Positions 1 through 11,152 of a stretch of DNA of 64,000 nucleotides are shown here, piece after piece. Positions within the stretch are counted from its first letter, which is position 1; each line of letters opens with the position of its first letter. Under the pieces are notes generated by a model. It saw only the letters and a list, made by a program, of their open reading frames with translations. It searched no databases and was not told the DNA's origin. This stretch comes from an uncultured Gemmatimonadales bacterium (GTDB lineage Bacteria; Gemmatimonadota; Gemmatimonadetes; Gemmatimonadales; Gemmatimonadaceae): positions 17,818 to 81,817 of the forward strand of contig CAVYNV010000002.1 in the NCBI GenBank assembly GCA_963770025.1, read 5' to 3'. A program made the translations under genes and the position numbers.

Positions 1-462
1 GATCACTCCTTTGCCGGCGGCAAGGCCGGACGCCTTGATCACGACGGGGGTGCCGAGCAACCGCGCCGCGGCCTTGGCGGCCCCTGCATCGGTGTGGCGC
101 TCGGCGCGACCCGTGGCGACGCCGGCATCGCGCATGACCTCCTTGGCGAAAACCTTGGACGTTTCGATCTCGGCGGCGCTCTGCGTCGGCCCGAAGATCG
201 GAAGGCCGGACGCGCGAAACCGGTCGACGATGCCGAGCGCGAGGGGGCCCTCCGGGCCGACCAGCGTGTAATCGGGGCGCTCGACCTCGGCCAAAGCGAC
301 AAGGGCCTCGACATCCGTCGCGGCGGCGCTCGCGCAGCGGGCGAGGGCGGCGATCCCCGGGTTGCCGGGGGCGGCGATGAGCTCCGCGGCCGGGGTCTCC
401 TGCTGGAGGCGCCACGCGAGCGCGTGCTCGCGCGCGCCGCCGCCGACGAGCAGGACCTTCAC
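1..462 (-). CDS. purD: phosphoribosylamine--glycine ligase (PurD), N-terminal 154 codons; gene continues past left edge
   Basis: My reverse-complement translation from GTG at 462..460 reads VKVLLVGGGAREHALAWRLQQETPAAELIAAPGNPG, and further on EIETSKVFAKEVMRDAG. This is the canonical PurD N-terminus. It is absent from the ORF track because no stop lies inside the window. The GTG overlaps the stop of the upstream gene (GTGA). Confidence 0.85.
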   Translation of the reverse strand, partial: MKVLLVGGGAREHALAWRLQQETPAAELIAAPGNPGIAALARCASAAATDVEALVALAEVERPDYTLVGPEGPLALGIVDRFRASGLPIFGPTQSAAEIETSKVFAKEVMRDAGVATGRAERHTDAGAAKAAARLLGTPVVIKASGLAAGKGVI

Positions 463-1628
463 AGCCCGCGAAGAGCCTGGTCGAGGTCCGCCACGAGGTC
501 TTCCTCATCTTCGACGCCGCAGGAGAGCCGGACCAGGCCATCCGTTATGCCGAGCTTCGCGAGCCGCTCGGGCGGGACGGAGGCGTGGGTCATGGACGCC
601 GGGTGGCTGATGAGGCTTTCAACGCCGCCCAGCGATTCGGCCAGGGCAAAGACGCGCACACGGCTGAGGACGGTTGCGGCCCGCTCGCGCGTGCCGAGGT
701 CGAGCGTCACCATCCCTCCGAAGCCGCTCATCTGGCGACGGGCCAGGGTGTGCTGCGGGTGGGTGGCCAGGCCCGGGTACAGGACCCGGTCCTCGCCCAG
801 GCGCTGAGCGAGGAATGCGGCGATGCGGCGGCCGTTGGCATCGTGCCGGGGCATGCGCAAATGCAGCGTTTTCGTCCCGCGCAGAGCCAGCCAGCAGTCG
901 AAGGCCCCGGGGACCGCGCCGGCCGCATTCTGGACGAATTTGAGCCGATCGGCGAGGCCGTCATCCCGGACGACAGCCAGGCCGCCAAGCATGTCGCTGT
1001 GCCCGTTGAGGTACTTGGTCGTCGAATGATAAATCAGGTCAGCACCCGATTCGAACGGGCGCTGGAAGTAGGGAGTGGCAAATGTGTTATCCACAATCAG
1101 AAGCGCCTTGCCCCCGTGCGCGATGCCGGCGGCGGCGGCGAGGTCGGTGATCCGCATGAGGGGGTTGCTGGGTGTCTCGACGAGTATCGCGACGGTACGA
1201 TCCGTTCGCGCGTCGTCGATGCGTTGCGGATCCCGCGTATCCACGTACGTCACCCGCAGTCCCAGATGCTGCCAGATCTGATCGAGCAACCGAACGGTGC
1301 CCCCGTAGACGTTTTCGCCGCAGATCAAATGATCGCCGGAGCGAAACAGCTTGAGGACCGAGTCCAGGCACCCCATTCCGCTTGCAAAGGCGAATCCGTG
1401 GCGGCCCCCTTCGAGGGCGGCCACGTTGCGCTCGAGCGCCTCGCGGGTCGGATTGGTCCCGCGGCCGTACTCGTATCCCTTATTGTGGCCGAGGGCATCC
1501 TGGACATACGTGGACGTGAGGTATACGGGCGGCATGATCGCGCCGCTCAGCGGGTCGGGGCGCTGCCCCGCGTGGATCGCCCGGGTTCCGAACCCGGCGG
1601 CGAGATCCGTGTCGAAGACTTTGGTCAC
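459..1628 (-). CDS. Cys/Met-metabolism PLP-dependent enzyme (cystathionine gamma-synthase / gamma- or beta-lyase family)
   Basis: ORF 459..1970(-) carries TRAIHAGQ, NPTREALE, the PLP-lysine motif STTKYLNGHSD and SLGGVESLISHPASMTHA. I placed the start at GTG 1628, 16 aa before TRAIHAG. The more upstream in-frame start candidate at 1697 would overlap the divergent regulator gene. Confidence 0.85.
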   Translation of the reverse strand: MTKVFDTDLAAGFGTRAIHAGQRPDPLSGAIMPPVYLTSTYVQDALGHNKGYEYGRGTNPTREALERNVAALEGGRHGFAFASGMGCLDSVLKLFRSGDHLICGENVYGGTVRLLDQIWQHLGLRVTYVDTRDPQRIDDARTDRTVAILVETPSNPLMRITDLAAAAGIAHGGKALLIVDNTFATPYFQRPFESGADLIYHSTTKYLNGHSDMLGGLAVVRDDGLADRLKFVQNAAGAVPGAFDCWLALRGTKTLHLRMPRHDANGRRIAAFLAQRLGEDRVLYPGLATHPQHTLARRQMSGFGGMVTLDLGTRERAATVLSRVRVFALAESLGGVESLISHPASMTHASVPPERLAKLGITDGLVRLSCGVEDEEDLVADLDQALRGL

Positions 1629-1659
1629 GTGTGCATGGACGGCATGATGGGAACGATGG

Positions 1660-2832
1660 ATGAGCGACGCGACTAAGGTAACCCGCACCTGCCTCATCGT
1701 CGACGACGAGGCGACGCTCCGCCAGGTATTGCGGCGCCTGATGGAGAGCGACGGATTCGACTGCGCGGAAGCGGCGTCGGGATCCGAGGCCGCGGAGATG
1801 CTGACGCAGCGCGACACGATGATCGTCCTGACGGATCTCCGGATGCCCGGAATGGACGGCATCGGATTGCTGCAGGCGGTGCGCCGGCATTCGCCGGACA
1901 CGGCGGTCGTGCTCATTACGGGCGTGTCCGATATCGACGTTGCCGTGAGCTGCCTGGCACAGGGCGCCATGGACTATCTGACGAAGCCGTTCACGCTCGA
2001 GGAGGTGCGTGCGCGCGTGCGCCAGGCGCTCGAGAAGCGGCGGCTCGTGATCGAAAATCGCGAACACCAGCTTCGGCTCGAGGAGCGGGTCGACGAGCAG
2101 GCGCACCGGCTCGAGCGCCTGTTCCTCGGCACCCTGCGGTCATTCTCCGAGGCCCTCGAGGTCAAGGACCCCTACACGCGCGGACATTCCGTCCGCGTGA
2201 GCCAATACGCCGCCGCCATCGCGCACGAGCTCCAGCTCGATCCCGCAATGGTGCGCGACATCGAGATCGGGGGCAATCTCCACGACATCGGCAAGATCGG
2301 GGTGCGGGAATCGGTCCTGAACAAGCCCGGGCCGCTCACCGCGGAGGAATACGATCACATCATGACGCACCCCATGGTCGGGTGGCGGATCCTGTCGTCC
2401 ATGCTGGGGGACGTGCCGGTCGCGCTGAACATCGTGCGCTCGCATCACGAGCGCATGGACGGTCGTGGTGTGCCCGATGGCCTGGTGGGGACGGCCATTC
2501 CGCTGGAAGCGCGCATCGCCTCGGTCGCGGACTCGTTCGACGCCATGACGAGCGGGCGGGTGTACCGCCGCGGGGGGCGGATGTCAGTGGAGGCGACGCT
2601 CGCGGAATTCCATCGCTGTTCGGGGACGCAATTCGATCCCGCCATCGTGGCGGCGTTCTCGGCGGCGGTCGGGCGCGGGGAGATCGCGCTTGCGCCGGTG
2701 GCGCCGGCCCCGGCGGAGCTCGCGACCGTCATCCCCTCGTCGGGGCGCCGTCCGACGCCGGCCCGCCATCATACGCCAGCCCGCCATCCCACGCCGCCGC
2801 CCACGGCGGCGATCCATCTTCGCGCCGGATAG
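1660..2832 (+). CDS. two-component response regulator, receiver domain fused to HD-GYP-type phosphohydrolase (RpfG-like)
   Basis: The N-terminal receiver shows CLIVDDE, VLTDLRMPGMDG and DYLTKPF. The C-terminal HD domain shows HDIGKIGV and HHERMDGRGVPDG (GVP in place of GYP). The tail is Pro/Thr/His-rich and repetitive. Confidence 0.85.
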   Translation: MSDATKVTRTCLIVDDEATLRQVLRRLMESDGFDCAEAASGSEAAEMLTQRDTMIVLTDLRMPGMDGIGLLQAVRRHSPDTAVVLITGVSDIDVAVSCLAQGAMDYLTKPFTLEEVRARVRQALEKRRLVIENREHQLRLEERVDEQAHRLERLFLGTLRSFSEALEVKDPYTRGHSVRVSQYAAAIAHELQLDPAMVRDIEIGGNLHDIGKIGVRESVLNKPGPLTAEEYDHIMTHPMVGWRILSSMLGDVPVALNIVRSHHERMDGRGVPDGLVGTAIPLEARIASVADSFDAMTSGRVYRRGGRMSVEATLAEFHRCSGTQFDPAIVAAFSAAVGRGEIALAPVAPAPAELATVIPSSGRRPTPARHHTPARHPTPPPTAAIHLRAG

Positions 2833-2908
2833 CCGCGGCCCTCACGCAATCGCGCTGAACGGACGATCTTTCCCCGGCGTCATCGAAGCGGGGAGCCAGG
2901 TCGCTCGC

Positions 2909-4336
2909 ATGGGGGCTGCCGTGTCTGACGGACTCATGATCAGTGTCTCCGGGATCCGGGGGCGCGTCGGCGCGGGACTCACCCCCGAGGTGGTCGCGAC
3001 CTACGCGGCCGGTTTTGGGGTATGGGCCGCCGCGCAGCGGTCCGCGGCGCCCGAGGGGGGCGAGGGGCCAGCGACGATCGTGGTGGGTCGGGACAGTCGT
3101 GTCTCGGGCCCGATGTTTCACCGGGCTGTGATTGCCGCGCTGCAATCGGTCGGGTGCAACGTCGTGGACGTCGGGCTCGCGCCAACGCCGACGATCCAAC
3201 TGGCGGTCGAGTCGCATCAGGCGGCCGGCGGCCTCGCGATCACGGCGAGTCACAACCCGATCGAGTGGAACGCGCTCAAATTCATCGGGCCTGCGGGCCT
3301 GTTCCTGTCCGGATCCGAGGGGGCGGCGATGCGGGACGCCACGGCGCACGGCGTGCCGCGAGCCGCCTGGGATCGCCTCGGGGACGTCTGGCCGGACCAC
3401 AAGGCGATCGACCGGCATCTGGCCGCCCTGCTCGACCTGCCCTACCTCGACGTGGATGCGATTCGGTCCCGCCGGCTCCACGTGGCGCTGGACTGCGTGC
3501 GGGGGGCGGGCGGCGTGATCATGCCGGCCCTGCTCGAACGGCTCGGGTGCCGGGTGAGCGCCATGGATACGGAGCCGGACGGTCACTTTCCCCGCGCGCC
3601 GGAGCCGGTCGCGGAGAACCTCGGCTCCCTGGAGGCCCTCGTCCGAGACAGCGGCGCGGACATCGGATTCGCGGTGGATCCGGATGTGGACCGGCTCGCG
3701 GTCGTGGACGAAACGGGACACGCGATCGGAGAGGACTATACGCTGGCGCTGGCGACGGCCCTCGTCCTGAGCCGCGACGCGGGCTCGACCGGACCGGTTG
3801 TCACGAATCTCTCGACCAGTCGGATTGTGGACGACGTCGCCGCGGAGCGCGGCGTTGCCGTCATTCGGACACCGGTGGGGGAAGTCAACGTCGCCCTTCG
3901 GATGCGCGACGTCCACGCTCCGGTCGGGGGGGAAGGGAACGGCGGAGTCATTTTGCCCGCACTGCACCTCGGGCGCGACGGGCCGGCCGCCGCCGCTCTG
4001 ATCCTTCAGCTGCTGGCGGATGCGGGCCGCGAGCGCGTCTCCCACCTGGTGGCGCGGTGGCCGCGGTACGCGATCGTCAAGGAAAAGCTGCCCGCGGCGC
4101 GCACCGGCGGCGGGAGCCCCGGGCTGGAATCGATATACCACGCGCTGCGTGTGGTATTCGCGGACGCGACCGTCGACACGCAGGACGGCCTGCGGCTCGC
4201 CTGGCCGGACCGGTGGGTGCACGTCCGGCCGAGCGGGACGGAGCCCGTGGTACGCGTGATCGCGGAAGCGCCGACGGAGGACGGAGCGCGGTCGCTGGTC
4301 GCGCGCGCCCGGCGGGCGCTGACGCACGGAGATTAG
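2909..4336 (+). CDS. phosphohexomutase family protein (GlmM/ManB-like phosphoglucosamine or phosphomannomutase)
   Basis: ORF 2690..4336(+) carries SGIRGRVG, GRDSRVSG, the active-site loop TASHNPIEWNALKF and GGEGNGG. The start was moved to ATG 2909 (alternative 2936), because the first 73 codons are Arg/Pro-rich out-of-context sequence overlapping the regulator's 3' end. It lies directly upstream of glmS. Confidence 0.8.
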   Translation: MGAAVSDGLMISVSGIRGRVGAGLTPEVVATYAAGFGVWAAAQRSAAPEGGEGPATIVVGRDSRVSGPMFHRAVIAALQSVGCNVVDVGLAPTPTIQLAVESHQAAGGLAITASHNPIEWNALKFIGPAGLFLSGSEGAAMRDATAHGVPRAAWDRLGDVWPDHKAIDRHLAALLDLPYLDVDAIRSRRLHVALDCVRGAGGVIMPALLERLGCRVSAMDTEPDGHFPRAPEPVAENLGSLEALVRDSGADIGFAVDPDVDRLAVVDETGHAIGEDYTLALATALVLSRDAGSTGPVVTNLSTSRIVDDVAAERGVAVIRTPVGEVNVALRMRDVHAPVGGEGNGGVILPALHLGRDGPAAAALILQLLADAGRERVSHLVARWPRYAIVKEKLPAARTGGGSPGLESIYHALRVVFADATVDTQDGLRLAWPDRWVHVRPSGTEPVVRVIAEAPTEDGARSLVARARRALTHGD

Positions 4337-4395
4337 TTTTCATTGGGCCGGTCGGATCCGACCCCCCGCAACCCGCGCTGGAAGAGTGCACGCCC

Positions 4396-6249
<1,854 letters not shown>

Positions 6250-6268
6250 GGGCCGTTCGCGATCGCAC

Positions 6269-6288
6269 GGGCCGTTCGCGAACGGCCC
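6269..6288 (+). terminator. GC-rich perfect palindrome GGGCCGTTCGCGAACGGCCC downstream of glmS (terminator-like hairpin, no U-tract)
   Basis: A 20-nt perfect inverted repeat lies 20 nt after the glmS stop. It is preceded by a partial direct copy (ggccgttcgcga). Confidence 0.4.
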
Positions 6289-6299
6289 GTACACACTAA

Positions 6300-6891
6300 A
6301 TGCACATCATCCTTGCGTCTCAATCGCCCCGCCGGCGGGACCTGCTCACACTGATCGGGCTCGCGCACACCGTCCGTCCGGCCAACGTTCGATGAGTCTG
6401 CCCTTGCCGGGGAAGCGCCGCTGGCCTGCGCCGAGCGGCTGGCCGAGTCAAAGGCCAAGCGCATAGCCGCGGAGGCGCCGGACGCGCTGGTCATCGGCGC
6501 GGACACGGTCGTCGTCCTCCACGATCGCATCCTGGGCAAGCCGAGGGACCGGGACGATGCGCGCGCGATGGTCCGATTGCTCGCGGGGCGCACCCATACC
6601 GTGATCACCGCCGTGTGTGTGCTGCGCGGGGCACGTATCGCGTCGGGGAGCGAGGCGGTCCGCGTCCGGGTCCGCGCGTTGACCGAAGCCGACGTGGACG
6701 CGTATGTGGCGACCGGCGAGCCCATGGACAAGGCAGGAGGGTATGGGATACAGGGATTCGGCGCCACGATCGTCGAGCGGATCGACGGCGATTTCTTCGC
6801 CGTCATGGGACTGCCGCTCGTGCTCCTGACCCGGCTCCTCGGTGCGGTCGGCGTGCGCTACGATTTTGGCGCGCTAACCATCGATCCCTGA
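6300..6891 (+). pseudogene. maf: Maf nucleotide pyrophosphatase / septum-formation protein, reading frame broken by a 1-nt insertion near 6388-6390 (or sequence error)
   Basis: ATG 6300 gives MHIILASQSPRRRDLLTLIGLAHTVRPANV, then a stop at 6393. The +1 frame continues DESALAGEAPLACAERLAESKAKRIA...GADTVVV...GKP...GGYGIQG (track ORF 6568..6891). The two halves together make a complete Maf. Confidence 0.85.
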
Positions 6892-7950
6892 ACGGCGATC
6901 GCGATACCGCTCGCGCCATCGGTCGACCTTCCCGAGGACGTCAGGGACGGAGATACGCGCCATACGACCGGGGCGCGTCTGCATGGAGACGGGGTAGTCC
7001 TCCCCGGGATCGCCGTAGGCGTCGACGATGAGGTCATGGAAGCGGCGGTACGGGCCCGTGCGCTTCGGATTCGTATACCCCATGAGGCTGACGACCGGCC
7101 GGTCGAGCGCGACGGCCATGTGCAGCGGCCCGGTGTCCGGCGAGAGCACGAGGGCGGCGCCATCGAGGATGCCAACGAGCTGCCGAAGTCCGCCGCCCAG
7201 CGCGGAGCGGGCGCGTGGCGCGTGCGCGAGGATAGTCGCCGCGGCCGCGCGTTCACGTGCGCTGGTGCCGCCCACCAGGACGGGCTGCAGCCCGAAATCA
7301 TCGGAGAGACTCGCCGCCACCTCGCCCCAGCGCTCGGGGATCCAATCCTTTTGCGGCTTCGTCGTCGCGACCACGATGGCGGCGATGGGGCGATCGACGG
7401 TCGCGAAGAAGGCACGCTGGGCCGGCCGCTCGCTCTCCCATGGCCCCAGATTCCACTCGACGGGGTCCGCCGGCACCCCGAGCGCGGCGAGAAACTCGAG
7501 GTATTGATCCTGGACGTGCTGGCCGCCCGCATGCGCCGGGATCCGGCGGTTCGTGAAGAGCCAGTTCAGGTCGCGGGCCCGTGCGCGATCGAAGCCCAGC
7601 TTGACGGGGGCGGTCGCCAATGCCGTGACGATGCCCGCCTTCAGATACACCTGAAGGTCGAGGACGAGATCGAATGCCTGGGCCGCGAGCGCGCGCCGCG
7701 TCTCGACGAAGGCGCCCCAGCCGCGGGCGCGGTCGAACGAGACGAAGGCATCGACCGCCGGGTGCCCCTCGACGAGCGCACGCGGTCCGGGCTGAATGAT
7801 CCATGTGATCCGGGGCGCGGGATCCTGCCGCTTGAGCGCGGTAACGACCGGCAGCACGTGGACGCTGTCGCCGATCGCGCTCATCATGACGATGCCGATG
7901 TTGCGGAACGGAGCGGGGGACGGCGCGCCGGGGGCGGTCACGATCCCCAC
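6874..7950 (-). CDS. glycosyltransferase family 9 (LPS heptosyltransferase-like)
   Basis: IVMMSAIGDSVHVLPVVTALKR, ITWIIQP, and C-terminal DTGPLHMAVAL, typical of RfaF/RfaC-type GT9 enzymes. The start overlaps the upstream kinase gene by 13 nt. Confidence 0.8.
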   Translation of the reverse strand: MGIVTAPGAPSPAPFRNIGIVMMSAIGDSVHVLPVVTALKRQDPAPRITWIIQPGPRALVEGHPAVDAFVSFDRARGWGAFVETRRALAAQAFDLVLDLQVYLKAGIVTALATAPVKLGFDRARARDLNWLFTNRRIPAHAGGQHVQDQYLEFLAALGVPADPVEWNLGPWESERPAQRAFFATVDRPIAAIVVATTKPQKDWIPERWGEVAASLSDDFGLQPVLVGGTSARERAAAATILAHAPRARSALGGGLRQLVGILDGAALVLSPDTGPLHMAVALDRPVVSLMGYTNPKRTGPYRRFHDLIVDAYGDPGEDYPVSMQTRPGRMARISVPDVLGKVDRWRERYRDRRSGIDG

Positions 7951-8663
7951 TCGACCCCGATGCTGGCCGCCGAGCGCCTCAGGCGGCGGAAATTCGCGCG
8001 CAGGAGATGCGTGCGGGCCCGCGCGCGGAAGATGACGCGATCCACATCGAGCGCGAACGCCTCGAGCATCCCGTCCGCGGCCGGCGCGATGAGCACGTTC
8101 GTCAGATTGAGATCGGCGTGGAACGCGTCCGCATCGGCTAACGCGAGCGCGAGGGCGCCGGCGACCTCGAAGAGGGTGTGCCGCATCGACGCGTCGGGGC
8201 CCTGGCGGAGGAGCGAGGCGAGCGTATGGCCCTCGGGGATCTCGCGCGTCACGACGTTGACCCTGCGCAGGAGCGGGCCGGCGGGATAGCGGGCGTAGCC
8301 CAAGACCTCCGGAGTGCGGACCCCTGCCGCGCGGAGCTGCAACGACACCGACAGCTCGTAGGGTGCGCGTGTGGGGGCGAGGAAGACATCGCGAGTGAGC
8401 GGAGCCAGCAGCCCGCCATGGCGGGCGTGCCGCACGACTCCGCGCGTGCCCCCGATCGGCACGGCATACGCGGGCCCGCGGCCCGCGAAGGCCCTCCGCT
8501 CGGGATGAGCCGCAGCATACGCGTACAAGGTTCCGCGGCCGAGGATCTCGCGAGTCGCGTCGGCGAGAGGGGCGAGCACGACGGCATCACCGGCCTCCGC
8601 CACGAGGCGGATGTAGGCGGGCTCGCTCGGAGCGGTCGGGGACGACGGTTGCCCGTCGTCCAC
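7938..8663 (-). CDS. lipopolysaccharide kinase (Kdo/WaaP) family protein, KdkA-like
   Basis: VVRHARHGGLLAPLTRDVF matches the KdkA RHYxRGGL motif, and the catalytic loop is FHADLNLTNVLI. The start is proposed at GTG 8663, overlapping the cyclase stop (TAGTG). Track ORF 7938..8807 allows longer versions that would overlap the cyclase gene. Confidence 0.7.
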   Translation of the reverse strand: MDDGQPSSPTAPSEPAYIRLVAEAGDAVVLAPLADATREILGRGTLYAYAAAHPERRAFAGRGPAYAVPIGGTRGVVRHARHGGLLAPLTRDVFLAPTRAPYELSVSLQLRAAGVRTPEVLGYARYPAGPLLRRVNVVTREIPEGHTLASLLRQGPDASMRHTLFEVAGALALALADADAFHADLNLTNVLIAPAADGMLEAFALDVDRVIFRARARTHLLRANFRRLRRSAASIGVEWGS

Positions 8664-9571
8664 TATCGCGCCACGCGATAAACGGGGACGGGGCGGCTCT
8701 TCCCCTTGAGCTCGAGGGCGGGACATGGCTCCAGGGGCGGCGGCGCGTGGAGGGCCGCCTGCAGCTCGCCCGACAACAGGATCTCGCCGGCTTCCGCGAT
8801 CGCGCACAAGCGGCTTGCGGTGTTCACGGCATCCCCGATGACGGTGAATTCGAGCCGCTGCTCGGAGCCGACGTGGCCGGCGAAGACATCGCCGTAGCCG
8901 AGGCCGATCCCGATCGCGAAGGGGGGGCGGCCGGCGCTCTGCCAGACCGCATTGAGCCGGTCCAGCTCGTCCAGCATCGCGGCGGCCGCACGAACCGCCC
9001 GATCGGCGTCATCCGGAGCTCCCGTCGGGGCGCCCCACTGCGCCATCACGGCGTCCCCGATGAACTTGTCGAGCGTGCCGCCATTGCGATACACGCAGGT
9101 GACCATGGCGGTGAAATATTCGCTGAGTTGCCGGGCGACCTCCTCCGGGCTGAGGCGCTCCGACAGGGTCGAGAATCCGCGAATGTCGCTGAAAAGCACG
9201 GCGACGCGGCGCTTCTCGCCGCCCAGCCGCACGACCATCTGGGTGTGCGCGGCCTCGGGCGTCGCCTCGGTCGGCGGGGCGGGAGGCAGCGCGACGCGAA
9301 AGATGACCTGTCCGAACGCGACGACGTCGCCGACGGCCGCGTGCGCCGTCTCCACCCGCGCGCCGTTGACATACGTGCCATTGCTCGAGCCGAGATCGCG
9401 GACCTGGATCCCGCGTCCTCCGTCGGACACGCTGATCTCGGCGTGTCGGCGTGAGATCGTCGGATCGATCACGGCGATGTCGCTCTCGACCCCGCGGCCC
9501 ACGATGCGCGCGCCGCCATCCGCCAGCTCGAACGACAACCCGCCATCCGCGCGAATGAGGCGAAGGGACAT
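8663..9571 (-). CDS. FHA domain-containing class III adenylate/guanylate cyclase
   Basis: The N-terminal FHA domain shows GRGVESDIAVIDPTISRRHAEI and SSNGTYVNG. The C-terminal cyclase domain shows VAVLFSDIRGFSTLSE, KFIGDAVMAQWGAP and TVIGDAVNTASRL. Confidence 0.9.
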   Translation of the reverse strand: MSLRLIRADGGLSFELADGGARIVGRGVESDIAVIDPTISRRHAEISVSDGGRGIQVRDLGSSNGTYVNGARVETAHAAVGDVVAFGQVIFRVALPPAPPTEATPEAAHTQMVVRLGGEKRRVAVLFSDIRGFSTLSERLSPEEVARQLSEYFTAMVTCVYRNGGTLDKFIGDAVMAQWGAPTGAPDDADRAVRAAAAMLDELDRLNAVWQSAGRPPFAIGIGLGYGDVFAGHVGSEQRLEFTVIGDAVNTASRLCAIAEAGEILLSGELQAALHAPPPLEPCPALELKGKSRPVPVYRVAR

Positions 9572-9580
9572 CCGGGCCCG

Positions 9581-11104
9581 CTAGCTCTGTCGGCTGCCGA
9601 GTGCCGAGCGGACGCGTCCGATGGCCGTGAGCATCGCGCGCACCTTGTTCTCCGTCTCCTCCCATTCTCGCTCGGGGACGGAATCCGCGACGAGGCCGCC
9701 ACCGGCCTGGACCGACGCCGTGCCGTCGGCGATGACGCACGTTCGGATCGTGATGGCTAGGTCCATCCGGCGATCGCCGGCGGCGATGTAGCCGACCGCG
9801 CCGGCGTAGGGTCCCCGCCGCTCGGGCTCCAGCTCGTCGATGATCTCCATGGCGCGCACCTTGGGGGCGCCGGAGAGCGTGCCTGCGGGAAACGTCGCCC
9901 GGAACACGTCGAGCGCCGACCGGCCTTCCGCGATGGTGCCTTCGACCTGGCTGACGATGTGCAGCACGTGGGAATACCGCTCCACGGCCATCATCTCCGT
10001 GACCGTGACGCTGCCGAACTCCGCGACGCGGCCGACGTCGTTGCGCCCGAGATCGACGAGCATCACGTGCTCGGCCCGTTCCTTCTCGTCGGCCAGGAGC
10101 TCGGCCCGCAGCGCGTCGTCCTCGGCGGCGGTGCGCCCGCGGGGGCGCGTTCCGGCGATCGGTCGCAGCGTGATCTGTCCGTCGGCGACCCGGACCAGCA
10201 GCTCGGGCGAGCTCCCGACCAGCTCCATCCCGTCGAGGACGAGATGGTACATGTAGGGCGACGGGTTGAGGGCGCGGAGGGCGCGGTAGAGTCCGTCCGA
10301 GGGAAAATCGTGGGGGACGACGATGCGCCGCGCGAGCACGGCCTGGAAGCAATCGCCCGCCAGGATGTATTCGCGCACGCGGTCGACATCGGCGAGATAG
10401 CGGTCGCGCGCGTACGCCGAGCGTCCCACGGCCGGGGGCGCGGCCGGATCGAGATCGAGCGGGGGCAGCTGCACGGTCGAGCGCAGGCGCGCGAGCGTCC
10501 GGTCGATCTCCGCGCTGGCGGCATCGTACGCGGCGCGGAGAGCCGCGCGACTCGCTCCCGCGTGCACGCGCGCTCCGGCGACCACGCGTGCCTGCCCATG
10601 CAGATTGTCGATGATGACGAGCGCGCCCGTGAAGACGAACAGCGCATCCGGGACATCGATCACCCGCGGCGGCGCGTGCGGCAGGCGCTCGATGTAGCGC
10701 ACGACGTCGTAGCCGAAGTACCCCACGGCGCCGCTCCAGAAGGCGCCCAGCTCGGGCGCGTCGACGGGCGACGGGCAACGGACCAGGGCCTGGAGGTCCG
10801 CAATCGGGTCGGCGGGTTTCCGTGCCCCGTGCCATCCGGCGTCGGGTGTCCAATCCTCGACGATCCCATCACGCAGGCGCCACGCGGCCCGGGGCGCGGA
10901 CCCCATGAACGTATAGCGCGCCCACGTCTCGCCGCCCGCGGGCGCGGACTCCAGCAGAAACGCGAACGGGCCGCCGCCCTGGCGCAGCTTCGCAAACGCC
11001 GAGACCGGCGTGTCGGTATCGAGCAGGCAATCGCGCCAGACGGGGACGAGCGCCTCGCCGCCCTGCGCGGACGCGGCGAGTGCGCGAAAGCGCTCGAAGG
11101 TCAC
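9581..11104 (-). CDS. trpE: anthranilate synthase component I
   Basis: LDTDTPVSAFAKL, LLESA, GTRPRG, EHVMLVDLGRNDVGRV, FPAGTLSGAPKVRAMEII, RGPYAGAVGY. A PabB paralog cannot be fully excluded. Confidence 0.88.
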   Translation of the reverse strand: MTFERFRALAASAQGGEALVPVWRDCLLDTDTPVSAFAKLRQGGGPFAFLLESAPAGGETWARYTFMGSAPRAAWRLRDGIVEDWTPDAGWHGARKPADPIADLQALVRCPSPVDAPELGAFWSGAVGYFGYDVVRYIERLPHAPPRVIDVPDALFVFTGALVIIDNLHGQARVVAGARVHAGASRAALRAAYDAASAEIDRTLARLRSTVQLPPLDLDPAAPPAVGRSAYARDRYLADVDRVREYILAGDCFQAVLARRIVVPHDFPSDGLYRALRALNPSPYMYHLVLDGMELVGSSPELLVRVADGQITLRPIAGTRPRGRTAAEDDALRAELLADEKERAEHVMLVDLGRNDVGRVAEFGSVTVTEMMAVERYSHVLHIVSQVEGTIAEGRSALDVFRATFPAGTLSGAPKVRAMEIIDELEPERRGPYAGAVGYIAAGDRRMDLAITIRTCVIADGTASVQAGGGLVADSVPEREWEETENKVRAMLTAIGRVRSALGSRQS

Positions 11105-11152
11105 GGGGTATATTTGCCGGTCATGCGCGGGTGGCGGGTCGAGGGAGGAGCC

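Noticed and set aside
4337-4395. glmS ribozyme upstream of glmS
   Set aside because: The spacer is only 59 nt and contains just a 14-bp palindrome (GGTCGGATCCGACC, 4350-4363). That is far too short for the ribozyme core.
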